Positions 19,260 through 28,288 of a stretch of 64,000 bases of DNA are shown piece by piece. The DNA is taken from contig JAFTVD010000001.1 of NCBI GenBank assembly GCA_017465945.1, forward strand, positions 41,604 through 105,603, given 5' to 3'. The stretch's first letter is position 1. Every line of letters starts with the position of its first letter. The translations under genes and the position numbers were made by a program. The notes below the pieces were generated by a model. That model saw only the letters and a list, made by a program, of their open reading frames with translations, ran no database searches and was not told the origin of the DNA. The DNA comes from Alphaproteobacteria bacterium (GTDB taxonomy: Bacteria > Pseudomonadota > Alphaproteobacteria > RF32 > CAG-239).

Positions 19260-20051
19260 TTACTTACTTTGAGGTATTGATATGAGTGGGGTTGCACCAT
19301 CTCCAAGCACAATTTGAGGCATCTGGCCATTCCATTTTTGTACCCATTCGTACTCAACAAGACCTTTGTTTTTAGACAATGCCTCAGATTTAATACCCAT
19401 AGCTTCAGCATCAGCTTTTGCAGAAATCAACTTTTGCTTAGCTTCTTCCTCTATTCGTTTGGTATTGTTAACAGCCTCTTGAGCTCGCTGGTCAGCAATA
19501 ACCTTATCTTCAATAGACTGCTCAAACTTATCTGAGTAATCAATATCGTTGAATTCAAACGAAATATTCTGGAAAAATTCACTGTCTATTCGTTCTTGCA
19601 AAAGTGCGACAACTTCACCTCTTGCCTTATCACGATTAGATACCAAATCCTGAGCTTTCCATTTACCCACAACATCTTTTAAAACGCCATTGAGCACCGG
19701 TATAATCTTTTTAGCATGGTAGTTTACACCAACCTCTTCATAGAGTACATGAACATTTTCCGGATTGAGCTCGTAAAGAAAAGTATAATCCATATCAGCA
19801 GATTGAACGTCTTCAGTATAAGAAGATGTTTTCTGTGTCATCTCTTGTGTCTGAACGTTCATCTTTACAACCTCCGATATAAAGGGCCACTTAAACCCAA
19901 TACCATTGGTAAGAGACACGTCTTCCACTTTATTGAGCGTTACTTTTACTCCTCGATAACCAGGATCAATAGAGTAAATTGAAAATGCCAGCAATACCAA
20001 TACCACAACCACGCCTATAACAGGCAACAATGGAATAGAAATCTTTTTCAT
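19260..20051 (-). CDS. SPFH/band-7 (prohibitin-like) membrane protein
   Basis: N-terminal TM, then IDPGYRGVKVTL..., a typical SPFH core, and a C-terminal coiled-coil (AQEAVNNTKRIEEEAKQKLISAKADAEA). No GGAG-type RBS upstream. Confidence 0.85.
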   Translation of the reverse strand: MKKISIPLLPVIGVVVVLVLLAFSIYSIDPGYRGVKVTLNKVEDVSLTNGIGFKWPFISEVVKMNVQTQEMTQKTSSYTEDVQSADMDYTFLYELNPENVHVLYEEVGVNYHAKKIIPVLNGVLKDVVGKWKAQDLVSNRDKARGEVVALLQERIDSEFFQNISFEFNDIDYSDKFEQSIEDKVIADQRAQEAVNNTKRIEEEAKQKLISAKADAEAMGIKSEALSKNKGLVEYEWVQKWNGQMPQIVLGDGATPLISIPQSK

Positions 20052-20091
20052 AATTTTTAGTTTTAATTAATAATAAATATTTTCGACTGAG

Positions 20092-20120
20092 AATATAACA
20101 TATAGACAAAACTTTGTCAA
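20092..20120 (-). promoter_or_regulatory. Sigma70-type promoter candidate for the SPFH gene
   Basis: Minus strand TTGACA (20120..20115), 17-nt spacer, TATATT (20097..20092). Confidence 0.45.
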
Positions 20121-20125
20121 TACTT

Positions 20126-21985
20126 TTATTTAAAATATTTTTTCACCTCATTGATTGTCAAAATTTGAGGTAAAATCACCCCATCTTTGCCCCCTTTTTC
20201 ATAATAAACATACAAAGGAACACTATTTCTACCATATTTTTTAAGTCCATCACTTATTTCTTTATCTTTATTTGTCCAATCTGCTTTAAATAATTTAACA
20301 TTTTTATCTTTTACAATTTCATCAAACTTATTGGTTGAAAAAGTTGTTTTATCATTTAACAAACACACCAAACACCATTTTGCTGTAAAATTAATAAAAA
20401 CTCTATCTTCATTTTCAAGTGCTTTTTCAATAGCTTTTTTAGAATAATCATTCCATTTTAATTCTTCTTTATACGCCTCTACACCAAACTGATTAAAAAT
20501 CACCCATCCAAGCCACAAACATGTAAGTCCAATAGGTACAGCTAAAAATTTCTTTAATTTAATCATCCATTCGCCACTTTTAGGCAAATATTTCAAAAAA
20601 AACTCAGGCCTTAATTCTACTAAACTATAAGGAAGCCCATACCCCAAGCCCAGCGCCATAAATATAGCCCAATACTTTATCCCATCTACCATCATTGCAT
20701 ATCCAAGAGCTCCCCCCATAAAAGGACCTGAGCAAGGAGTTGCAACAATAACTGCAAAAAAACCCGTCAAAAAGCTATTGTTAAATGACACACTCGAAAG
20801 TTTACCACTTAATTTATCAGATATACGAATTTTATCTAGCAAACAAAGAAAAATAACAAAAAACAACAATAGCAAAACAATATTAAATGTTACCGATTGT
20901 AGCTGAAACCCCCAACCTAACTCTTCACCTTTACCTTTAAAGTAATATAAAACACCGCCCAATCCTACAAACGAGGCAATTACACCAATCAAATACATAA
21001 AAGAAGATACTTTTGATGCTTTATCTCTATTTTTTACCAAATAAAGCGCTTTCAAACTTAAAACAGGTAACACACAAGGCATTAAATTTAGTATAAGTCC
21101 AGCTAAAAAGGCAATTAAGATATAATAAATAACTCCATTTCCCTCATTTTCATTATTTATTGTTTTATGCTCAAATCCTTTTATTAAATTATTTTTATTT
21201 TCTCTTATTTCAAACCAATTATCGCCACATATAATAACCCCATTTACATCTTTAGGCATATCATCTTTTTCTTTATAACTAATAACAACACTACTACCAT
21301 CAATTTTTACACTAGGGTTTTCAGAAAGCACCCTTTTCTTCATATATTTGCTTACAAACTCTAAATCAGAACATACATTTAAAACATTATCATCTAGCTT
21401 AAATTCAAAATGTTTATCTTCTTTTTTAACTTCAACAAGAACTACTGGCAAAAATTCTTTTTCTACTCTACTCAATATTTCAACAAATTCATTATTTACA
21501 CTTTTATTATTATCAACTCTTAAATCAAAATTCAAACTTTGAGTTTCATCAAAACATTCTTCATTACATACATTGTATATAACATCCATTTTAACAGGTA
21601 TTACATCACCAACATTGGCATTGTCTATTTCTAACTTAACTCTAAAATAAAACTCTTTTTCATACACATACGAAGTAATAATTTCATCAAAAACTTCTTT
21701 TTTAGGCTTAGAATGTACCTCTTCTAATACTCTATATTTAGGATTATCATAAAAATTAACACTAGTTGGCACCCCCACATCACCAGGATTATCCCAATAT
21801 ACATGCCAATTTTCTTCAATTTCACCTTTTAACAATAGCTCAACATTTTTAACATCTTGACTAATTATACTATATTCAGGAATAACTTTTAATTTAACAA
21901 AACCAGTATTATCATACAAAGCCCAAACCTTTGTACTCCAACACAAAGCAAACAAAAAGATGAAATAAAATATTTTTCTAAACAT
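20126..21985 (-). CDS. dsbD: Thiol:disulfide interchange protein DsbD
   Basis: Signal peptide, an N-terminal periplasmic domain, a central CcdA-like TM core (LMPCVLPVLSLK ... ATPCSGPF), and a C-terminal thioredoxin fold with WCLVC. The ATG at 21985 is preferred over the TTG at 21991. Confidence 0.88.
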   Translation of the reverse strand: MFRKIFYFIFLFALCWSTKVWALYDNTGFVKLKVIPEYSIISQDVKNVELLLKGEIEENWHVYWDNPGDVGVPTSVNFYDNPKYRVLEEVHSKPKKEVFDEIITSYVYEKEFYFRVKLEIDNANVGDVIPVKMDVIYNVCNEECFDETQSLNFDLRVDNNKSVNNEFVEILSRVEKEFLPVVLVEVKKEDKHFEFKLDDNVLNVCSDLEFVSKYMKKRVLSENPSVKIDGSSVVISYKEKDDMPKDVNGVIICGDNWFEIRENKNNLIKGFEHKTINNENEGNGVIYYILIAFLAGLILNLMPCVLPVLSLKALYLVKNRDKASKVSSFMYLIGVIASFVGLGGVLYYFKGKGEELGWGFQLQSVTFNIVLLLLFFVIFLCLLDKIRISDKLSGKLSSVSFNNSFLTGFFAVIVATPCSGPFMGGALGYAMMVDGIKYWAIFMALGLGYGLPYSLVELRPEFFLKYLPKSGEWMIKLKKFLAVPIGLTCLWLGWVIFNQFGVEAYKEELKWNDYSKKAIEKALENEDRVFINFTAKWCLVCLLNDKTTFSTNKFDEIVKDKNVKLFKADWTNKDKEISDGLKKYGRNSVPLYVYYEKGGKDGVILPQILTINEVKKYFK

Positions 21986-22055
21986 TCCCAAACCTTAAAC
22001 TTCTCATCTTTTATATATAATTATCACTAAAATAAAAAACTAGCTATTACTTTAA

Positions 22056-22535
22056 TTACCATCTAGGAACGTTTTGTCCTCTATTACCACTCCACTTGCG
22101 AGCAGGATATCCACCTTTTTCAATTATATCATATTTAGCAGGCAACTGAGGAATATCTGTAATCAACACATACCCTTCATCTCTAAACTTTTCAACACAA
22201 GCCTTAACATCTCCGCCATTTCTTTCCATACACAAAACAACTGTTCTTGTATATGGATGAATAAGCTCAACATCACCTTCACTTAAATTTACATCATTAT
22301 AATATGTTGGCATAGGCTGAACACAAGGCTGATATGGCACCATTTGTTCATCACTGCATACTCGATTATTAGGACAAACTTTTAAGCCACCTTTTGTTAA
22401 CCACTTGCTTTCAGACCATGTGCAAAGAACTTCTTTTTGTTCAAACTCCAAATACACATCATCATTTTGGCTTTTACACCCAAATAACATCAATAAAACA
22501 AAAAAAACAGCCCACAACTTCCCCAAATTAAGCAT
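22056..22535 (-). CDS. Cys-rich lipoprotein (159 aa), unknown function
   Basis: Lipobox LMLFG|C. Six further Cys residues. No family recognised. Confidence 0.65.
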   Translation of the reverse strand: MLNLGKLWAVFFVLLMLFGCKSQNDDVYLEFEQKEVLCTWSESKWLTKGGLKVCPNNRVCSDEQMVPYQPCVQPMPTYYNDVNLSEGDVELIHPYTRTVVLCMERNGGDVKACVEKFRDEGYVLITDIPQLPAKYDIIEKGGYPARKWSGNRGQNVPRW

Positions 22536-22621
22536 AAAAGTACCCTTAATTAAAATTAACCACTATCATTATCTTATAAAAACACTTTCCAAAATGCACC
22601 AAAAATAAACACCTTATAAAC

Positions 22622-22651
22622 AAAAAAGCAGGTTTTTACACCTGCTTTTTT
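22622..22651. terminator. Terminator after the giant prepilin-like gene
   Basis: aaaaaaGCAGGT-ttttac-ACCTGCttttttt: A-run, 6-bp stem, then T-run. Confidence 0.7.
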
Positions 22652-22653
22652 TA

Positions 22654-25600
22654 TTACCATATTTCATTATACTTAAGCGTCGGATCATCTAAGCGTTGAA
22701 GATATTCTGAACCACTACTAACTGTTGCCTTATCAATATTGCTATAACCCGTTGCTTCTGGATTATATTGCAATACATGTTGTGGGTCAAACTCGCTACG
22801 TTTAAAGTAACAATAAACTGTTGCATGTCCTTCAAGAGTATTTGTAACAACAGGGAACAAGTTCCAAACATATCCACTCAATACAGCTCCACCAGTTGGA
22901 TTACCTCCACCATTTTGAGTATTGTTAGAAAGAATATTATCTGTACCATCTATTCCGCTTCCTAGACCATCCCAAAATCTAGTATTATAAATAAATCCCA
23001 TACGAGCTTCCCAATATTTATCATCTTTGGGCTTAAGAGATGTTTTTAAGAATGTTCCTTCTTGGAAATACAATGGCTCTGCCACAGTATAACTAGAACC
23101 ATCCATATCAGTATACTTACCAACATTATCAGTTCCACTCCAAGACAAACTAGCCTTTGCACTACCATACTCATCAGACTCAGCCGTTAATCCCCAGAAC
23201 CAACCTTCTAGCTTAAAGTCATTTGTTGCAACAAATTGAGAGAAAGTATCAGAACTTTGATAAATAGCATTCCAATTTAAGCTTTTTACTTCTTCCATTG
23301 TTGGATACACTAATCCACCATTTGTACTAGCTGCAGCTTTTAATATATTTGCCTGTTTATCACCCTCAATAATTTGCCATTTATGATTAGCGCTATCCAC
23401 TGGCATAGCATGCCCTGCCTTACCTATTTGGAAAGAAATTGGTACAACCGTTGCAAGTCCTACATATTTTGGTGGACACATTGGAAAATAAATATTGCCT
23501 AAATATGGGTCAGCCCATTCCTGATTCTCATTAACTGCAACTCTACGTCCGCCACCTTCTACATAGTCGTTAGACACATTATATACACCTTTTAACACAT
23601 AGTCTGGCAAAATATCGCTCAATCTAGCATTACCACGAGTTGTAAGTTTAATATCATGCATCACAGATGTATACGCAGGATTTACCATATATTGGTCATA
23701 TCGAGCATCCGCTGCTGTTCCCCCAACATCAGGAACTACCATATCAGCATTAGAAACCAATCTATTTGCTTTAATATAGCCATAACCAGCATCAGCTTCC
23801 ACCCTTCCACCTACAGCACTAGAATTACTTTTTTCTAATTCTATTGCACCACGACGAATATAAATAGACGTATCCGCCATCTCATCAACCAAACTAGAAC
23901 CTTGAGTATCATGAGACGCAATAGTTAACAACGCAAAATTATCATCACCATTTGATATAAATTGTCCTGCAGAATCTTTTGCTAAAACTCTAACATAATC
24001 AGGATCAATCTCAAACATAGCTCTAGAACTATCTTCTTTCGCTGTATTATGAGAACCACTTGCAATATGAATTATATCATTACCTGTAACATGTAAACTA
24101 CCATCAATCTCTACATTAGCCGAACTATTAGCCACAGCATCAGGATATACACCAAACACAGTCGAACTATTACTACCTTTTTGAACTTCAAAGTCTACAT
24201 ATCTAGTTCTAACAACATCAGCATCTGCATAAAACTGTGAATCCTCTACCTCATCATAAACAGTACTACTTGTCTTAATTCCAAATTTACTTGCATTTGC
24301 CTCAATTCTATTTTCGACACCTGCAAGATTATGTCCATATAATTTTAAAGCACCATTTTGAATATCTACCTTACTAGAAGCTGATATATCATATGTATAC
24401 ATATTAACACCAACGCCACCCATAATATATGATGAACCACTAACCCCTGTTGAATCACTAGCATCAGCTCTAAAGTTATTATATAAAGAACCAACATGTG
24501 TAACACCATGGTCTAACTGAACCCAAGCTCCTTCTGTATCACTTAACACTGCAACACCTGATGATGCAAGGAACATAACATCTAACCCATCACCATAACT
24601 ATCTTGATTTTCCGTTGTAATTTTGTTTGGATCACGAATTACAACTCTTCCACCGCCAACTCCACTAGATTCTCCATATACATTAAGCCAAGCTGTCTTA
24701 GGATGTGCAGTAAAATCAGCCATATTTTTATATCCAGCATGAAGATTTGCCATACCTGCATCACGAAGCCAAGCTTTTCTAGCCCATAAGGTCTGGTCAA
24801 CCCAAGCAGAACCAGCTACACCCAACGTCCATCCACCACGACTATATACACCATCTCCATGATTTTCACTAACATCTGTCATAGCTTCAGAACCCAAATA
24901 CGTAGAGCCCAATATATCTGTAAATTTAGTTGTAACAGCTGTAAAACCATCCACAGCAGTTAAACCATTTGCACTTGCACCACCGGCAGAAACTCCTGAT
25001 GACATTCCATGATTATCCGCAAACACTTGAAAACGCTTTCCATGTAAAGAAACCGTACTAGAACCTGTACCACTAGAACCACCAAAATCTGCATAAATCA
25101 TTGCTTGTTCAGCATCTGTTTCGCCGACAGTAAATAAACTTCCACCTTCTTTTAAGATATTAACATAAGAACTATCATGATCACTACCACCAGCAGTTAA
25201 CCAACCTCCTTCATCTGGTCCCATATATAACAAACCACCACCAGAGTTAATATGTGTATCAGAATGAATCATCGAACTTGAACTATCATCACTAGCATTG
25301 ATGTACACAGAGCCACCTTTTTCTGCTATATACACATTACTACCTTGCTTACTACCAACTTTAATAGAATGTTGCTCACCTTCTGCCACACCTAAGAACA
25401 TCGGATCTGTTGAAGAACTATCATCTGCACTACCTGCAACCATAAATGTATGCGTTGTACCTTCTTTTTGGGCACTCACAAATTCACCTATCAATTTAAC
25501 TTCTGCATTTGTACCACTTACATCTCCTGTTGCATATACAATATCATATAAACCTTCTACGGCAGTAGAACCATCTCCATATGTTGGTTTAAATATCATC

Positions 25601-26622
25601 TCGGCTGTTGAACTTCCTGAACCCGTTATCTTAAAGCCTTCATTTAAAGCCGTTAAGTTACCATAAATCCACGCTGCACCATTGTTACGATATCGTCTAG
25701 CATTTTCAGAATCCGGTTCTTCATTATAATGAGGTTTACCAATATATAAGTCAGCAATATCAGGAGTGCACATTGAAGAGTTAAAGTTAGTACTAAATTG
25801 TTGCTCTCTATTACATTGACTATGCATCATTAATTTTCTAACGTTATAAATACCATAGAACCCCTCAAAACCTTTATAACCATCATTAGTTTCCTCGTGC
25901 CCCCCCATATAAAGGTCTGTAATCATTGTGTTATGAAACGCATCTCTTGGGTCATCAGGTGGTGTACGATATAAATACTTATCATTATCTTCTGTTGAGT
26001 TTTCAATTGGTTCATTTGCTGTAACAATTAAAGAATTTTCTGTCAATATAGAATTAGATATTCCTAAATCTTCAACCATTGAACTATCTAAGAACCACGC
26101 ACCACCTGTACCTTGAGCTTCTTTTCTATCCGTAATTATACCACCATTTGCTCCCACTAAAGATGCGATTCTTGCTGCCCTTTTCTTACCAGGATCAACT
26201 TTATAAGGATACACAATATAAGAAACTAAAGTATTACCATCTCTATGTACATAAATTTGAGGGGTACCATAATTTCTAATACTGTCAGGTTTATAACCAT
26301 ATGGTAAAAAGCTAGAATATCCCTTATAAAAATATTCCCCACTTGCACCACTACTATCATCATCATACGCAATTTTTATAGTCGACTCACTTTCGCTTGA
26401 CGTTTCCAACATTATCTCTAAAAAGTGTGTTGAAACAAGAGTTTCTATCACATCATTCATTGTACGAGCTTGTGACGCAGAGTTAATATCTTGTATTTCT
26501 TGCAAACGCTCTGCAGATTTTTTATACAAAGTTGGAGTAACAAGGGCTATTAACCCAAGCATAGCAATCGCTTCCACTAAAAGTGTACCGCGTTGCTCTG
26601 TTTTGTTAAAAAATTTCCTCAT
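22654..26622 (-). CDS. Giant (~1,322 aa) protein with a prepilin-type N-terminal cleavage/methylation-like motif
   Basis: The ATG at 26622 lies 6 nt after GGGAGA, whereas the ORF-track TTG at 26628 abuts the RBS. N-terminus MRKFFNKTEQRG|TLLVEAIAMLGLIALVTPTLY: Gly at -1, Glu at +5, and a ~20-residue hydrophobic helix. The rest is G/S/D/T-rich with no family recognised. Confidence 0.8.
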   Translation of the reverse strand: MRKFFNKTEQRGTLLVEAIAMLGLIALVTPTLYKKSAERLQEIQDINSASQARTMNDVIETLVSTHFLEIMLETSSESESTIKIAYDDDSSGASGEYFYKGYSSFLPYGYKPDSIRNYGTPQIYVHRDGNTLVSYIVYPYKVDPGKKRAARIASLVGANGGIITDRKEAQGTGGAWFLDSSMVEDLGISNSILTENSLIVTANEPIENSTEDNDKYLYRTPPDDPRDAFHNTMITDLYMGGHEETNDGYKGFEGFYGIYNVRKLMMHSQCNREQQFSTNFNSSMCTPDIADLYIGKPHYNEEPDSENARRYRNNGAAWIYGNLTALNEGFKITGSGSSTAEMIFKPTYGDGSTAVEGLYDIVYATGDVSGTNAEVKLIGEFVSAQKEGTTHTFMVAGSADDSSSTDPMFLGVAEGEQHSIKVGSKQGSNVYIAEKGGSVYINASDDSSSSMIHSDTHINSGGGLLYMGPDEGGWLTAGGSDHDSSYVNILKEGGSLFTVGETDAEQAMIYADFGGSSGTGSSTVSLHGKRFQVFADNHGMSSGVSAGGASANGLTAVDGFTAVTTKFTDILGSTYLGSEAMTDVSENHGDGVYSRGGWTLGVAGSAWVDQTLWARKAWLRDAGMANLHAGYKNMADFTAHPKTAWLNVYGESSGVGGGRVVIRDPNKITTENQDSYGDGLDVMFLASSGVAVLSDTEGAWVQLDHGVTHVGSLYNNFRADASDSTGVSGSSYIMGGVGVNMYTYDISASSKVDIQNGALKLYGHNLAGVENRIEANASKFGIKTSSTVYDEVEDSQFYADADVVRTRYVDFEVQKGSNSSTVFGVYPDAVANSSANVEIDGSLHVTGNDIIHIASGSHNTAKEDSSRAMFEIDPDYVRVLAKDSAGQFISNGDDNFALLTIASHDTQGSSLVDEMADTSIYIRRGAIELEKSNSSAVGGRVEADAGYGYIKANRLVSNADMVVPDVGGTAADARYDQYMVNPAYTSVMHDIKLTTRGNARLSDILPDYVLKGVYNVSNDYVEGGGRRVAVNENQEWADPYLGNIYFPMCPPKYVGLATVVPISFQIGKAGHAMPVDSANHKWQIIEGDKQANILKAAASTNGGLVYPTMEEVKSLNWNAIYQSSDTFSQFVATNDFKLEGWFWGLTAESDEYGSAKASLSWSGTDNVGKYTDMDGSSYTVAEPLYFQEGTFLKTSLKPKDDKYWEARMGFIYNTRFWDGLGSGIDGTDNILSNNTQNGGGNPTGGAVLSGYVWNLFPVVTNTLEGHATVYCYFKRSEFDPQHVLQYNPEATGYSNIDKATVSSGSEYLQRLDDPTLKYNEIW

Positions 26623-26633
26623 ATCCAATCTCC

Positions 26634-27557
26634 CTATAAAAATTGTTTAATTGTAAATATACACCCCTTGTTGCACATATCATTACCATCTTTATCCCTA
26701 AAAAACTCTCGCTTAAACACTTCATTAGGCAAAGTCCATGCAGTTTTCTCTTTCATTGTTGAGGGAAAATAATCATCTAAAGCGTGCGTTTTGTACCACT
26801 CTGCCTCCGCATGTCGATACGATGGCAAAAAACGCATCCTCCCTCTAAATTGCCATGATCCATTTTTCCAACTGATAACCCCAACGTTATTATAAAATTC
26901 TCTCTCCTTTATCGCATTTGTAAAGTCAATACCTACCTCACCTGTTATTTTACCTAACCATTGAGCATCAACTTTTTTATAAGAAACTATAAACACTTCA
27001 TTAGATGAATTACAACATGTACCTACAATTTGTCCTGGATCAGAAGGATCTGTTGCAACATTGCACGTTTCAACCTTTCCAAATTCTCCATCTGGACCTT
27101 GACAAAATTCGTACCCTTCAGAATTATCATCAGTACAACTCATATCCCTATCTAAACACACTATTTTTGAAATCATTTCATCATCACCATACAAACGTTT
27201 CCCCATTTGCATAATATTAGCTGATTCACTATCACTTGTTTTACGAAGATAAAATGTTTTTTCAACCCCTGTGCGTTCATCTTGATCATACACTAAATTT
27301 ACGTCTTTTCCTTTACCTGATATTGAAGAGTCAGAATATATCATATCACCTGGCAAAATAAATAAAATATCATCTGAATAATCACCTTTATTTATTTTTG
27401 ATACTAATCTTGTTACTTCTGAGTGATGGGCAATAAATCTTGTCAATACGGCCATAGCCTTTTTACGCACAATATCCCTATCATAATCAGGACGTGCGGA
27501 CAAATTATATCCATATATTGCCGACATATAAGTCGCAAGTAACATCAATAAATACAT
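26634..27557 (-). CDS. Cys-rich N-terminally anchored protein (307-313 aa), first gene of the prepilin-like operon
   Basis: The start is ambiguous. The ATG at 27557 has GGAGA 7 nt upstream. The GTG at 27575 has GGGGAGA 9 nt upstream. The N-terminus has an uncharged hydrophobic segment (MYLLMLLATYMSAIYGY) and there are 8 Cys. Its TAG stop overlaps the RBS of the downstream gene. Confidence 0.7.
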   Translation of the reverse strand: MYLLMLLATYMSAIYGYNLSARPDYDRDIVRKKAMAVLTRFIAHHSEVTRLVSKINKGDYSDDILFILPGDMIYSDSSISGKGKDVNLVYDQDERTGVEKTFYLRKTSDSESANIMQMGKRLYGDDEMISKIVCLDRDMSCTDDNSEGYEFCQGPDGEFGKVETCNVATDPSDPGQIVGTCCNSSNEVFIVSYKKVDAQWLGKITGEVGIDFTNAIKEREFYNNVGVISWKNGSWQFRGRMRFLPSYRHAEAEWYKTHALDDYFPSTMKEKTAWTLPNEVFKREFFRDKDGNDMCNKGCIFTIKQFL

Positions 27558-27594
27558 AAAAAAATCTCCGACCACATATGTATATCTCCCCGAT

Positions 27595-27623
27595 ATTATA
27601 CACTAAAATTTATTAAAAATCAA
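27595..27623 (-). promoter_or_regulatory. Sigma70-type promoter candidate of the prepilin-like operon
   Basis: Minus strand TTGATT (27623..27618), 17-nt spacer, TATAAT (27600..27595). Confidence 0.5.
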
Positions 27624-27695
27624 CTAAAAAATAGAAAAAGACTGCCTTATTTACCTCTAAACAAGACAGCCCTTTTATTACATTTACTAAAAAGA

Positions 27696-28145
27696 TTAAC
27701 GCATTTGAGGATTATAGCAACTCATAACCAAATCCTCCTTTTTATAAAACACTTTATACATAGCATAAAGCAAAGATAAAACAATCAAAGCCATATAAAC
27801 ATCATACACTGGCATATAATTATTTAAAAACACCGTTACACTATCATTACCTGTTACCATATAATCAGTAAGCATTGTTAAAATAGCATAAATTACTGTA
27901 AAATATGGTATCCATCCAATAGAAGCTAAAAACACAGAAATTTTAGGGAAATTTTCATTCATTCTATGAACAAATCCCCATGATGCAACAAACGACATAG
28001 AAAGAGCAAGTACCGCAACCCAAAACAAAATATACAAAACACCACCTGTCGCATAAGCAAACTCTGTATTAAACATCGCTAAAATAAAAGCTAAAACCTG
28101 ATACATACCGCCAAGTAGCAATAGTTCACTTTTACACATTTTCAT
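27696..28145 (-). CDS. Small 4-TM membrane protein, unknown function
   Basis: AGGAGG RBS. Three closely spaced ATGs; the second, at 28145, has the best spacing. Four hydrophobic helices. Confidence 0.6.
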   Translation of the reverse strand: MKMCKSELLLLGGMYQVLAFILAMFNTEFAYATGGVLYILFWVAVLALSMSFVASWGFVHRMNENFPKISVFLASIGWIPYFTVIYAILTMLTDYMVTGNDSVTVFLNNYMPVYDVYMALIVLSLLYAMYKVFYKKEDLVMSCYNPQMR

Positions 28146-28288
28146 CATATCCTCCTATTTTTATTATTTCACATACACATTTAAGCTTTTATTCTTCAAA
28201 TCCAACCTCTACTTTGGGATAAAATTAAAATAATTAAAGCATTTTTAACCTCAATATGTTATCATAAAAGAACAATTTGGAGGTAATT

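Noticed and set aside
19260-20051. The SPFH gene considered as a horizontally acquired, higher-GC insert.
   Set aside because: My hand counts gave ~37-43% GC. Conserved genes in the same window (lysS, fabF, the DsbA-like gene, parts of the yhdP-like gene) give similar values per 60-nt line. Composition alone does not single it out.
23656-25666. Plus-strand ORFs inside the giant prepilin-like gene (e.g. 25298..25666 at 122 aa, 24604..24789, 23656..23838).
   Set aside because: These are antisense shadow ORFs with no RBS or promoter. Their composition mirrors the sense-strand G/S/T-rich codons.
27696-28148. A 150-aa 4-TM protein next to the prepilin-like operon, considered as a TadV/CpaA-type (short A24) prepilin peptidase.
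   Set aside because: The size and TM count fit. However, I find no GxGD(V/I)K-type second catalytic Asp motif and no conserved first Asp context. A weak terminator-like hairpin also separates the gene from the operon promoter. Nothing supports calling it a peptidase.
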